This document shows, in pieces, positions 8,456 to 19,548 of a stretch of DNA of 32,000 bases (its first letter is position 1; each line of letters begins with the position of its first letter). A program made the position numbers and the translations under genes. The notes under the pieces are model-generated. The model saw only the letters and a program-made list of their open reading frames with translations. It did not search any database and had not been told where the DNA came from. The stretch spans positions 2,970,001 to 3,002,000 of the forward strand of contig CP001848.1 in assembly GCA_000025185.1 (NCBI GenBank). The letters are read 5' to 3'. The DNA comes from Pirellula staleyi DSM 6068 (lineage in GTDB: Bacteria; Planctomycetota; Planctomycetia; Pirellulales; Pirellulaceae).

Positions 8456-10261
8456 ATGAACCGACGACTGAAAGCCACTGCGGTGGCCCTGGCATTTTTA
8501 TCGATGATGGCACCGACGCTCAACCTGCAAGCGCGGGGTGGCGGTGGTGGACGAGGCGGAGGAGGCGGGGGTGGAGGCCGCGTTGGTGGCGGAGGTGGCG
8601 GCATGTCGCGACCTTCCCCATCGATCAGCCGCTCGCCATCGATGAGCCGCCCGAGCCCATCGCGTCCCTCGGCGGGAATGTCGCGCCCCTCGACACCGTC
8701 GCGTCCATCGATTCCGACCACACGTCCTTCAACCGGTTTTTCTCCCGGAAGTCGGCCCGGTTCGGTCGATTTCGCGCGTCCTTCCACTCGACCGGGGATC
8801 AGCAATCCGGGGCTCACGCCAGGTACGCGTCCGGGCATTTCGCAGCTCCCCAGTTCGCCGCGCCCCGGCATCAGCACCCGTCCCGGTGTCGGTCCAGGCA
8901 TAGGTGGGCCAGGCATTGGCGCCCCTGGTATTAGTCAACTTCCGTCGACCCGCCCGGGGATTGGCTCGGGGGGCGTCGGGACTCGTCCTGGATTTCCTGG
9001 GAACAGCACGGCGCAGCTGCCAGGTCTCGGGAATCGTCCCGGGATCGATGGCACACGTCCGTCGCAGCTTCCCGGTCGTGGCACGCCGCAAGAGCGTCGC
9101 GGGGATCTTGAAAATCGTCTAGCGCAGCGTGATCAAAATCGTGATCAGTTTCAAAACAACCGCGATCAGATTCGTGAAGACTGGCACGATCATTACGACA
9201 ACTTCTACGATCGTCACGACGACTGGCATCACGGCTGCTGGAACGGCAACGCCAGCGATTGGTGGCATCACATGTGGGACGATCACACCGCCCTCATGGC
9301 GTTTGGAACGACGATGTGGGGGATCAATCGTTTAGCCTACGGTTTTGGATACTGGGGTTATTCGAATCCGTATTACACCGAGTCGTATCCGATTGGTGGT
9401 GGAGCTGCGATCGACTACTCGCAGCCGATGGCGATGGAACCTGAACCAACCACCGCCTCCGATGCGCCGCCGCCGGGGATGGAATATTTCGATGCAGCGC
9501 GGCTCGCCTTCTATCAAAAGGATTATGCCACCGCGCTTGCGCAAACCAACAAAGCGCTCGGCGCGATGCCCAACGATCCGATCATCCACGAATTCCGCGC
9601 GCTCGTGCTGTTTGCTCAGGGTGGCTATAAGGAATCGGCGGCAGGGCTGTATAGCGTCCTCTCGGCCGGACCGGGCTGGGACTGGACGACCCTCATCAGC
9701 CTCTATCCCGATCTCGATACCTACACCGCGCAGCTGCGGAAGCTGGAAGACTACGTGCGAGCCACGCCCGAGTCTCCCGACGGAAACTTCGTCCTCGCTT
9801 ATCACTACCTGACAGGTGGCAACAAAGATGCCGCCACCGCGCGGCTGAAGGTCCTCTACAAACTGATGCCGCAAGATAAGCTCGTGCAAGAGCTGCTGCT
9901 GATGACCGGTGGCCCGGCAGCGATCGGTGCCGAGGAAACGGTTGCCCCGACCCCCAGCACACCGGTTGCTGCGATCCCGCTGCAGTCGCTAGCTGGGAAG
10001 TGGACCGCAATGTCGGCCTCGAGCAAGTTTGTGCTCGAGATCACCGCCGATGGCAACTTCACCTGGAGCTATTCGCAAGGAACAGCAACGCAAACGGTGA
10101 AAGGGGTCGCTGCGATCGATGGCAACGTCCTGGCGCTCGAGCCTGAATCGGGGGGCGTGATGCTGGCGGAAGTCACCTCGCCCGCTGGCGGCAGTTTTGA
10201 CTTCCAGATGCTCGGCACACCGCCGGGTGATCCTGGACTCAAGTTCACACAAGCTCGCTAA
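8456..10261 (+). CDS. Secreted low-complexity (Gly/Arg, then Ser/Pro/Arg/Gly) protein with a TPR-like helical domain and a small C-terminal beta domain
   Basis: Signal peptide MNRRLKATAVALAFLSMMAPTLNLQA. It is followed by a poly-Gly/Arg run, about 200 aa of SRPS / TRPGI-type repeats, and a His/Trp/Asp-rich block (DWHDHYDNFYDRHDDWHHGCWNGNASDWWHHMWDDH). Next comes a TPR-like segment (FDAARLAFYQKDYATALAQTNKALGAMPNDPIIHEFRALVLFAQGGYKESA...) and the C-terminal GKWTA...FTWSY domain. Confidence 0.75.
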   Translation: MNRRLKATAVALAFLSMMAPTLNLQARGGGGGRGGGGGGGGRVGGGGGGMSRPSPSISRSPSMSRPSPSRPSAGMSRPSTPSRPSIPTTRPSTGFSPGSRPGSVDFARPSTRPGISNPGLTPGTRPGISQLPSSPRPGISTRPGVGPGIGGPGIGAPGISQLPSTRPGIGSGGVGTRPGFPGNSTAQLPGLGNRPGIDGTRPSQLPGRGTPQERRGDLENRLAQRDQNRDQFQNNRDQIREDWHDHYDNFYDRHDDWHHGCWNGNASDWWHHMWDDHTALMAFGTTMWGINRLAYGFGYWGYSNPYYTESYPIGGGAAIDYSQPMAMEPEPTTASDAPPPGMEYFDAARLAFYQKDYATALAQTNKALGAMPNDPIIHEFRALVLFAQGGYKESAAGLYSVLSAGPGWDWTTLISLYPDLDTYTAQLRKLEDYVRATPESPDGNFVLAYHYLTGGNKDAATARLKVLYKLMPQDKLVQELLLMTGGPAAIGAEETVAPTPSTPVAAIPLQSLAGKWTAMSASSKFVLEITADGNFTWSYSQGTATQTVKGVAAIDGNVLALEPESGGVMLAEVTSPAGGSFDFQMLGTPPGDPGLKFTQAR

Positions 10262-10300
10262 GGCGGCATGGCCGGTGCAGCCGGTCCGACGGAGTGTGTT

Positions 10301-12121
10301 CTATTCCGCCGAGTTGCTCTCGAGGTGTAACTCGGCGCGCTCGGCGGTGCTGGAAGCTCGCGGCGCGACGAACCGCAGATGGCGATACGACGTAGGAGGA
10401 AGTCGCAATATTCGTAGGACTTCCTCGCTCGCTTCGATTGTCCGGTGAACGTCGGCGTGGGGGGCGTTGATCGCCAGTTCACTTTCGACCCAGGGATGCG
10501 TGGCGCTACGTACCGACACCACTCCATCCGACGGACCATCGAGCGAAAATGGCTTCGCACAGCCGAGGATGCTGTGCAGTTTCACGTCGTGCTTGATCTG
10601 CATGCGCCGCATCACTTCGAGCAGCGGCGAGTGGGGCGAGAGCATATCGATGCTCGTCGGCAAGCGGCTTCCGATACGAGGATCGAAGGTCGCCGGATTG
10701 TCGCGTGTCAGTTGCTCGAGCATCGCCACTTGCTCGGGCGCAGGGTCGACCAGCAGCGAGGCTCCACGCCCCACCAGGGTGCTCGACATCAGCGAACCGG
10801 CATGGGGCGTCGCAATAAAAATGACGCGGCTGACATGTGGCGCGGGATCGAAAAAACAGTTCTCCGACAGGAACCTGCGAGCCCGATCGGTCGTCACAAT
10901 TTCTTCGAGCGGCCGATTGGCGAGCCGATTCCAGATCAGCTCTTCCGAGTGCGTGATCTGCAGCTTGGCGACCAAGCCACCCATGCTGTGCCCGACCAAA
11001 ATCATCTGCCGCAGCGCTGGGTCGGAGTGTTCGGGATCGAGCAGCTCGACAGCGGCGCGAAGTTCGCGACGCAGCGCCGTGGCCGACTGCAAAAATCCTT
11101 GTCCCGTGGGATAGCGAAACGTCCAGAGCTGATACTGGGCGTTGAACTCGGGAACGCTCCGCAAATCGTTCGACATATCGGCCCAGCTGAGCGGATCGGA
11201 ATAGAGTCCGTGGATCAGCACCACCGGAATTTTTCCCGGCTGATACGGCGTCACAAAATCGAGCTCTGCGCTCGAGACACCTCCGGCGGGCTCGACGAAA
11301 CCGGCGAAGTACGTTCGGGGCGAACTCTGCAGCTGAATCAACTGGGCCGCTGATAGATTCTGCGCAATGCGGGCCGGATCATCCGCTTCTCCCGCCGGAT
11401 GCTGGTGCGGGTTGTAGAACGTAAGTTCTGCCTGGGAGGCGAGCGTGCTGGCCCCTTCGCCCGCTGGCAGTTCGTGTGGCTCGCACGCGCGAAACCGGAG
11501 CACCGGTGTGGCGCTGAAGTACGATCGCTCGGGATAAAAACGTTCCTCGACCGGATCGAGATTGCAGCGGGCCCGCTCGACCACCAACGGAAAGCCGATG
11601 CCGTCGCACTGATAGCGCCGCCGCAGCAGCGGCTCGTAGCGGTGAGGTGGAAGGTGCCACCTCTGAAAATCGCTCGGATTCCAGGCAAAGCCTTCATAGT
11701 CGACCGGCACCATCGTCGACTGGTCTCCTTCCACAATCACGAGCCCGCGCTCGGGATCGAAGCGTCCCTGCTCGCAGGCTGCGGTCAGCAGTTTGCCGAG
11801 CGCGGCGTTATAGCCTCGCAGCAGCGCGCCACGCTCGTGAGAAGCTGGCAGCGACTGCAGGGCAAACCAGTACTGTGCACACTGCTCGAAATAGCGTTCG
11901 ACCGAGCCAGGGGGCGGCAAGCTTTGGGCGGGATCGGCTGTTGGCGCAGTAGCTTGCGCTGCGGAAAGAAAGGGCTCGCCTGGGGCCTTGCGCCACTTCT
12001 GGAGCGACGAACAGCCCGCCAGACCGATCGCCAGCGCGACGAAGAGAGCAGTCGAGATCGGGACCGCTGTGGGCCGCATGACAAGCCAGTGCAAAGGATC
12101 GACGCGTGGATGTTCCAGCAT
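10301..12121 (-). CDS. Lipoprotein alpha/beta-hydrolase (lipase/esterase, PGAP1/DUF676-like) with an N-terminal domain of about 300 aa and unknown function
   Basis: Nucleophile elbow GHSMGG (ILVGHSMGGLVA), preceded by VVLIHGLYSDPLSWADM. Lipobox LAGC in MRPTAVPISTALFVALAIGLAGCSS. The alternative ATG start at 12079 gives that signal peptide directly. Confidence 0.75.
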   Translation of the reverse strand: MLEHPRVDPLHWLVMRPTAVPISTALFVALAIGLAGCSSLQKWRKAPGEPFLSAAQATAPTADPAQSLPPPGSVERYFEQCAQYWFALQSLPASHERGALLRGYNAALGKLLTAACEQGRFDPERGLVIVEGDQSTMVPVDYEGFAWNPSDFQRWHLPPHRYEPLLRRRYQCDGIGFPLVVERARCNLDPVEERFYPERSYFSATPVLRFRACEPHELPAGEGASTLASQAELTFYNPHQHPAGEADDPARIAQNLSAAQLIQLQSSPRTYFAGFVEPAGGVSSAELDFVTPYQPGKIPVVLIHGLYSDPLSWADMSNDLRSVPEFNAQYQLWTFRYPTGQGFLQSATALRRELRAAVELLDPEHSDPALRQMILVGHSMGGLVAKLQITHSEELIWNRLANRPLEEIVTTDRARRFLSENCFFDPAPHVSRVIFIATPHAGSLMSSTLVGRGASLLVDPAPEQVAMLEQLTRDNPATFDPRIGSRLPTSIDMLSPHSPLLEVMRRMQIKHDVKLHSILGCAKPFSLDGPSDGVVSVRSATHPWVESELAINAPHADVHRTIEASEEVLRILRLPPTSYRHLRFVAPRASSTAERAELHLESNSAE

Positions 12122-12360
12122 CGTCCTGACGCGGTCGTCTGCCCCTCCAAGAGCTCTTACTCTTGGCTATCGGCAGATCGATCGCTTGCCACGCAGCGGG
12201 AGTGATCGCGCGCGGCTCAAACTTTCGCAAAAGGAGTTACACCGCAACCTACGATCGGCAGGAAAGCTAGAGCTTCACGCGCTATTTGCTGGCCGGTGGA
12301 ACCGGCCCTACGGATGACCCGCCGTACAGATGACGACGAGATCGGTCTAGCGGCTGGCGA

Positions 12361-15300
12361 CTAATGTCCCTTGCTTTCGGGTTTAGCGCTTTCAGGTTTG
12401 GCGACGGCGTGGTTGGCGGGCTTCCCGGCACCGGTGAGTTTAACCACCAGGTAATAGAACACAGGTGTGAGGAAAATGCCGAACAGAGTGACGCCGAGCA
12501 TCCCCGAGAAAACGGCGATGCCGAGGGTGCTCCGCATTTCAGCTCCTGCGCCGACGGCGATCGCCAGGGGAACCACCCCGAGGATGAATGCCAGCGAGGT
12601 CATGATGATCGGTCGCAAACGAAGTCGGCACGCTTCGACCGTGGCATCTGCGGGGCTTGCCCCTTGTGCTGTTTTTTCCTTCGCAAATTCGACGATCAGA
12701 ATCGCATTCTTACTCGCCAGACCCACCAGCACGACGAAGCCGATCTGCACAAAGATGTTGATGTCGAGCCCCGCCCAATCGACGCCGACGACCGAGCAGA
12801 GCAGACACATCGGCACGACCAGAATCACCGCCAGCGGCAGTGTGAGACTTTCGTACTGCGCGGCGAGCACCAGGAACACGAGCACCACCGCTAGCGCAAA
12901 CACGACGAGGGCAGTGTTTCCCGCGCGGATTTGCAGCAGGGTGAGTTCGGTCCATTGCAAGTTCATCCCTTGCGGCAAATTACTCTCGCCCACCTCTTCG
13001 ACAAACTTGACGACGGAGCCCGAACTGACGCCGGGGAGCGAGCCACCATTCACCGCCGCAGCGGTCACGCCGTTATAGCGAATCACGAGCGCGGGGCCGC
13101 CGAACTCGGTGACATTGCACACGCTGCCGAGCGGCACCATCTGCCCCGCTTGGTTCCGGACCTTCAGCTGCTGCACTTGTTTGGGAGTGAGACGGAAATC
13201 GGGATCCCCTTGCAAGTTCACTTGCCAGGTACGGCCGAACTGGTTGAAGTCGTTGGTGTAATAGCCACCCAGATAGAGCTGCAAGGTGAGAAAGACTTCG
13301 CTCAGTGGGATTCCCATCGCTTTGCAGCGTCGGCGATCGATATCGACATACATCTGCGGTGTTTGGGCGCGAAAACCGCTGAACATTCCGACGAGTCCCG
13401 GTTGTTTATTCCCTTCGCTCGCCAAGGTGTCGGCCGAGTCTTGCAGCGAATCGAGCCCGAGCGCTGCGGTGTCGCGGACCATCACCTTAAAACCACCGGC
13501 GCTCCCCAGACCATCGACCGCCGGTGCGCCGAACACTGCGACCGAAGCATCTTGTACTTCGGCGAAGCAGGCAGCCCGCAACTGTGCGGCGATATATTCG
13601 GCCCCCATCTTGTCGCCATGACGAAGATGGAAATCGTCGAGAATCACATAGACGGTGCCAAAGTTCGAGCCGATGGCGTTTTGCACAATCGATTGGCCCG
13701 AAATGGTGATGGTGTGCGCCACCCCCGGAATGCCGCCGCTTTTGCTTTCGCCATGCCCATGGTCGTGCGACTCGTCATGCGCATCGGCAGCAGCCCCTGC
13801 GCCACGCGCGATGCGCTCGACCTGCGCCATCACCTCCTTGGTCCGTTCGAGCGAAGCGGAGTCGGGAAGCCGAACGTCGACCAGCAAATATCCCTTGTCT
13901 TGCGACGGAATGAAGCCGGTCGGAACCGAGGTGAACTCGTAGTAGGTCAAGTACAGCAGACCACCGTACACCGCCAGCACAATCACGCTGACGCGGAGCA
14001 TCATGCCGACCGATTTGCTGTACCAATTGGCAGCCGAAGTGAACCCCAGATTAAAGAGCTTGAAGAACCATCCCAGCAGCAGGTTGATCAGCCGCGTGAG
14101 TGGGTCGCTTTGCTCGTGTTTTGGTTTCAGCAGCAGCCCGCAGAGCGCCGGGCTAAGGGTGAGCGAGTTGACGGCGGAGAAAAACGTGGAGACCGCAATC
14201 GTGAGGGCGAATTGCCGGAAGAATTGTCCGGTGATGCCCGAAATGAACGCGCACGGGATGAACACGCACATCAGCACCAGCGAAATGGCGATGATCGGTC
14301 CGGTCACCTCTTGCATCGCTTTGGTGGCAGCTTCTTTTGGCGAGAGGCCATGCTCTAGATGATGCTCGACCGCTTCGACCACCACGATGGCGTCGTCGAC
14401 CACGATGCCGATCGCCAGCACCAGTCCAAAGAGAGAGAGGTTATTGAGGCTAAATCCGAGCCCGAGCATCACCGCAAAGGTGCCGATGATCGCGACCGGA
14501 ACGGCAATCAGCGGAATGACCGTCGCGCGCCACGACTGCAGGAACGCCAGCACCACGATCGCTACCAGGATGATGGCATCGCGCAGCGCTTTGAACACTT
14601 CTTTGATCGACTCGTCGATGAACGGCGTGGTGTCGTAGACGATGGCGAAATCGAGTCCCTTGGGGAAGCTCTTTTTCAGTTCCTCCATCCGCTCGCGAAT
14701 CAGCGCTGCTGTCGTCAGGGCGTTCGAGCCGGGCTGCTGAAAAATCGCCAGACCAATCGACGGCTGCGCGTCGAGCGCGCACGAGGTATCTTCGTTCTTC
14801 GCGCCGAGCTGAATGCCGCCAAAGAGACGTTTGGTAGAATCTTCGCGCGGGTCGGTCACCAGATCGCGCATCCGGGTCAGCTGCCCATTTTCCCCGGTTT
14901 TGACGATGATATCGCCGAACTCTTCAGGCTGGGTCAAACGACCGAGCGTGCTAAGGGTGTACTGAAATGCCTGGCCGGCGGGAACCGGAGGACGCCCGAG
15001 CGCACCGGCAGCCACCTGCACGTTTTGCTCGCGGAGCGCCGCCACCACATCGCTTGCAGCCAAGTTGCGCGAGGCCATTTTGTTGGGATCGAGCCAGACC
15101 CGCATGCTGTAGTCGAGCTGACCTAGATACGTGACGTCACCCACCCCTTTGATCTGCGCCAGTTCGTCGCGAATCTGAATCGTGGCGTAGTTGCTCAAGT
15201 ACAGCTGATCGTAGTCGCCGGTCGGTGAAATCAGATTCACCACCAGCAGAATGTTGGGAGACTTCTTTTTCACACTCACGCCGGTCTGCTTCACTTCACT

Positions 15301-15657
15301 TGGGAGCGAAGGGAGCGCGAGGTTCACGCGGTTCTGCACCAGCACCTGCGCCATGTCGAGGTTGGTTCCCACTTCGAACGTCACGGTGAGGTTGTAGCCA
15401 CCGTCGTTCGTACTTTGGGAGCTCATGTAGAGCATGTTCTCGACACCAATCACCTGCTGTTCGATCGGCGAGGCGACCGTATCAGCCACCACTTTCGAGC
15501 TCGCTCCGGGATAGAAGCAGCTCACTTGCACCGTGGGTGGGGTGATCTCGGGATACTGCGCCACCGGCAGGATGAAGACCGCAATCCCGCCCGCCAGCGT
15601 GATGATGATCGAGATGACAGCGGCGAAAATCGGACGATGGATAAAGAAGCTGGCCAC
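12361..15657 (-). CDS. RND efflux transporter permease subunit (AcrB/HAE1-like)
   Basis: 1098 aa starting MASFFIHRPIFAAVISIIITLAGG. It shows the typical 12-TM, two-large-loop layout and AcrB-like segments (AIGIVVDDAIVVVE, NSLTLSPALCGLLLKP, LASKNAILIVEFA). Its start lies 3 nt after the adaptor stop. Confidence 0.95.
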   Translation of the reverse strand: MASFFIHRPIFAAVISIIITLAGGIAVFILPVAQYPEITPPTVQVSCFYPGASSKVVADTVASPIEQQVIGVENMLYMSSQSTNDGGYNLTVTFEVGTNLDMAQVLVQNRVNLALPSLPSEVKQTGVSVKKKSPNILLVVNLISPTGDYDQLYLSNYATIQIRDELAQIKGVGDVTYLGQLDYSMRVWLDPNKMASRNLAASDVVAALREQNVQVAAGALGRPPVPAGQAFQYTLSTLGRLTQPEEFGDIIVKTGENGQLTRMRDLVTDPREDSTKRLFGGIQLGAKNEDTSCALDAQPSIGLAIFQQPGSNALTTAALIRERMEELKKSFPKGLDFAIVYDTTPFIDESIKEVFKALRDAIILVAIVVLAFLQSWRATVIPLIAVPVAIIGTFAVMLGLGFSLNNLSLFGLVLAIGIVVDDAIVVVEAVEHHLEHGLSPKEAATKAMQEVTGPIIAISLVLMCVFIPCAFISGITGQFFRQFALTIAVSTFFSAVNSLTLSPALCGLLLKPKHEQSDPLTRLINLLLGWFFKLFNLGFTSAANWYSKSVGMMLRVSVIVLAVYGGLLYLTYYEFTSVPTGFIPSQDKGYLLVDVRLPDSASLERTKEVMAQVERIARGAGAAADAHDESHDHGHGESKSGGIPGVAHTITISGQSIVQNAIGSNFGTVYVILDDFHLRHGDKMGAEYIAAQLRAACFAEVQDASVAVFGAPAVDGLGSAGGFKVMVRDTAALGLDSLQDSADTLASEGNKQPGLVGMFSGFRAQTPQMYVDIDRRRCKAMGIPLSEVFLTLQLYLGGYYTNDFNQFGRTWQVNLQGDPDFRLTPKQVQQLKVRNQAGQMVPLGSVCNVTEFGGPALVIRYNGVTAAAVNGGSLPGVSSGSVVKFVEEVGESNLPQGMNLQWTELTLLQIRAGNTALVVFALAVVLVFLVLAAQYESLTLPLAVILVVPMCLLCSVVGVDWAGLDINIFVQIGFVVLVGLASKNAILIVEFAKEKTAQGASPADATVEACRLRLRPIIMTSLAFILGVVPLAIAVGAGAEMRSTLGIAVFSGMLGVTLFGIFLTPVFYYLVVKLTGAGKPANHAVAKPESAKPESKGH

Positions 15658-15659
15658 GT

Positions 15660-17024
15660 TTATTCACTCGCCTCCGCTGGGCTGTTGGTGCGCGATGTTG
15701 CGGGGGGAGGTGCTTCAGCTGAGGGGGACGCAGCTGCTGGCTCCACAGGACGTGGCGCAGGCTCCTCTGTAGGAGGTGGCGGAGCATCGGGCGCGGTGAG
15801 TTTAACTTCTTCGGCGTTCACTTTCATTCCAGGCTTCACGCGCTGAACACCACGCGTGATCACACGATCGGTCGGCTCGAGCCCTGACTTCACGATCCGC
15901 AGCCCCTCGCGAATTTCCCCCACTTCCACGTTCTTGCGCTCGACCGTGCCGTCGGCGGCGACGACATACACAAACTTGATGCTCTGATCGGTCGCCAGGC
16001 TTTGCTCGGGGATCATCAGCGCGGTGTAAGGTTCGCCAATCGGCACTCGCACCCGCACGAACAAACCACTCACTAGTTTGCGGTCGAGATTTTTGAACTC
16101 ACCGCGCACACGGGCGGTGCCGGTGTTGATGTCGACCTCGGCGGATGCAAAATCGAGCATCCCCTCGTGAAGAAACTCTTTCTCGTCGGCCAGTTGCACC
16201 TGGCATTTCATGTTCAGTTCGCGGAGACTTCCCGGCTCTGTTTCAGCACCCTTGTTGCCAATCCGTTTGCGATAGGCCAGCAGCGAGCGTTCGTCGATGT
16301 CGAAGTAGACATACATCGGCGATTCTTGCACGATCTTCGTCAGGAGTGTTCCCGAGCTCATGCCGCCGGTCAGCAGGTTCCCGGCCGTGACGTAGGCCCG
16401 ATCAATGCGCCCCGCAATGGGGGCCTTAATCGTGGTGTATTTCAGATCGAGGGCGGTTCGATTGGAGTCGGCAATCGCGGCACCGATGGTCGCTTCCGCT
16501 TCGGTAACAGCGGCGACACTCTCTTCGTATTCTTCGAGCGAGATTGCCTTTTCTTTGATCAGCAGCTGATTGCGGGCGAGCTTCGATTTCGCCAGCGTGA
16601 GCTTCGATTCGTTGAGCTTAATCCGGGCGAGCGACTGATCGTGAATCGCCTGGTATTCATCGGGCTCGATGGTGAAGAGCGTTTGCCCCTCTTTCACATA
16701 GTCGCCATCTTTGAACTCAACCGTTTTGAGGTAGCCAAACACACGGGCACGCAGCTCGACAATCGCCGATGCTTCGGTTTGCCCGGTGTACTCGTCGGCA
16801 TCGACCGTTGGTCGCGAGACCACCTGGGCCACGGTGACCGAGGTGACAGGTGCCTCGCCCGGAGGCGCTGAGGCTGAAGAACAGGCGCTCACAACGAAGC
16901 TGACGGCCGAGAGCGTGACGCAGAGCAGGGCGATCGACTGGCGGGATCGCTTGTTCCCTGCATGCGGTGCGAGATGCGTGGGCATACTCAAACTTTCGGA
17001 ATGACGGAGAAGACGAGGGGGCAT
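15660..17024 (-). CDS. RND efflux periplasmic adaptor (membrane fusion protein, AcrA/HlyD family), probable lipoprotein
   Basis: Lipobox VVSAC, a coiled-coil hairpin (EYQAIHDQSLARIKLNESKLTLAKSKLARNQLL...EATIGAAIADSNRTALDLKYTTIKAPIAGRI), beta-barrel/MPD segments and a Pro/Ala-rich tail. The alternative ATG start is at 16985. It is tightly coupled to the pump gene. Confidence 0.9.
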   Translation of the reverse strand: MPPRLLRHSESLSMPTHLAPHAGNKRSRQSIALLCVTLSAVSFVVSACSSASAPPGEAPVTSVTVAQVVSRPTVDADEYTGQTEASAIVELRARVFGYLKTVEFKDGDYVKEGQTLFTIEPDEYQAIHDQSLARIKLNESKLTLAKSKLARNQLLIKEKAISLEEYEESVAAVTEAEATIGAAIADSNRTALDLKYTTIKAPIAGRIDRAYVTAGNLLTGGMSSGTLLTKIVQESPMYVYFDIDERSLLAYRKRIGNKGAETEPGSLRELNMKCQVQLADEKEFLHEGMLDFASAEVDINTGTARVRGEFKNLDRKLVSGLFVRVRVPIGEPYTALMIPEQSLATDQSIKFVYVVAADGTVERKNVEVGEIREGLRIVKSGLEPTDRVITRGVQRVKPGMKVNAEEVKLTAPDAPPPPTEEPAPRPVEPAAASPSAEAPPPATSRTNSPAEASE

Positions 17025-17840
17025 CGCCGCTTGAGACGGGATAGCGTTGGCCGACTACAGGACGAAAACTCCAGCCGCACGCATCGCGCGACAGGTTCTC
17101 GCCCACGCATTTTGTAATACTGCTCGCTGCTCAATAAAAGCAGCAAAACGGCTGGAATTTCGAATCCACACCCCGCGAAGGTCGCTCCCTACCGTTTCTT
17201 TCCTACACGCTGAACCATCGGCACGCTCCACTTCTTCGCCCGGAAGTGATTGGCTCTGTAAAGGCCGCTCGCAGCTGCGCATCGCCGCACAGAACCAAAT
17301 CTCACGGAATTTCTCGCGTCCCATGGCGATCACCCACCGCTCAGCGCTTCGCCTCTCGCAGAGGCTTCCGCTCGTTTCCCTTGTCTGCCTGCCCCTTGAG
17401 GCGCGCGTATTTGACTCACATTGCCCGCCAACGCGCGCTAAAGTGCACGTTGGTGCTCACTCGGCCCAGTGCCGCTGAACAACGGTGATCGTCTATCGAA
17501 ATTGTGGCTGTCCTCTCGGCCGAGTCGGGATCTTCTCAGTCGCCAGCCACCCACGCTGCCGTAACTCGCTGCTGGTACGACGAAATCGGCCGCGCGGCTC
17601 TTTGCCACGATCAGTCGCTCGGCGATCGCTTGCCCGCCATTGCGACACATTCGCGCGCCGCGCGGCTGTGCGGTATGACGTTTGCAACTTGGTGGAGTGG
17701 TAATCAGCAGCGCCAAGCCTGGTGCTCGCGACTTCGCCTGCTGATAACCGCACGCGCTTTGCGCATCTGCGAATCGCGCGCGAAGCTGGCGCCTCTCCGC
17801 CGGTTCGACAGCCGCACTTGTCTAGGAAAGAAGGACTCCG

Positions 17841-19481
<1,641 letters not shown>

Positions 19482-19548
19482 CGCGCGCCGCGCTGTGAGC
19501 GTCGAACTGGGGCCGTGATTCTAGTAGCAACGAATATCGAGATATCCC

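Noticed and set aside
8520-8600. G-run-rich DNA (ggtggcggtggtgg...gggggtggagg) as a possible G-quadruplex or regulatory element
   Set aside because: It is fully explained as GGN codons for the poly-Gly tract inside a CDS. There is no independent evidence of a structural role.
8410-8916. 168-aa minus-strand poly-Pro ORF (PPPPPPTRPPPPPPPPRPPPPPR)
   Set aside because: It is the complement of the poly-Gly/SRPS coding region. The plus-strand reading has a signal peptide and continues into an ordered TPR domain, so the plus strand is the real gene.
10445-11353. 302-aa plus-strand ORF, with overlapping plus-strand ORFs up to 12205
   Set aside because: Antisense to the alpha/beta-hydrolase gene, which carries the GHSMGG motif. 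The composition is typical of shadow frames.
12291-12307. ggccggt-gga-accggcc hairpin downstream of the RND pump as its terminator
   Set aside because: It has a 3-nt loop and no U-tract on the minus strand, which makes it too weak to call. Transcription may continue into the lipase gene.
12931-14358. 475-aa plus-strand ORF, plus 14359-15126 and other plus-strand ORFs
   Set aside because: They are antisense to the RND pump gene, whose full-length AcrB-like translation is unambiguous.
17285-17310. acagaacc, which resembles the RNase P RNA CR-IV motif, and ggttcga near 17797, which resembles a tRNA or tmRNA T-arm
   Set aside because: The partner conserved regions are missing: there is no GGAAAGTCCGG and no CGGCTTA. 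The T-arm-like stem does not base-pair either. These are isolated short matches only.
17047-17478. 143-aa plus-strand ORF and 92-aa minus-strand ORF in the long efflux/pckA gap
   Set aside because: Their composition is not protein-like (Arg/Ser/Cys/His-rich). They have no RBS and no motifs. They are kept only as part of the 'long non-coding gap' observation.
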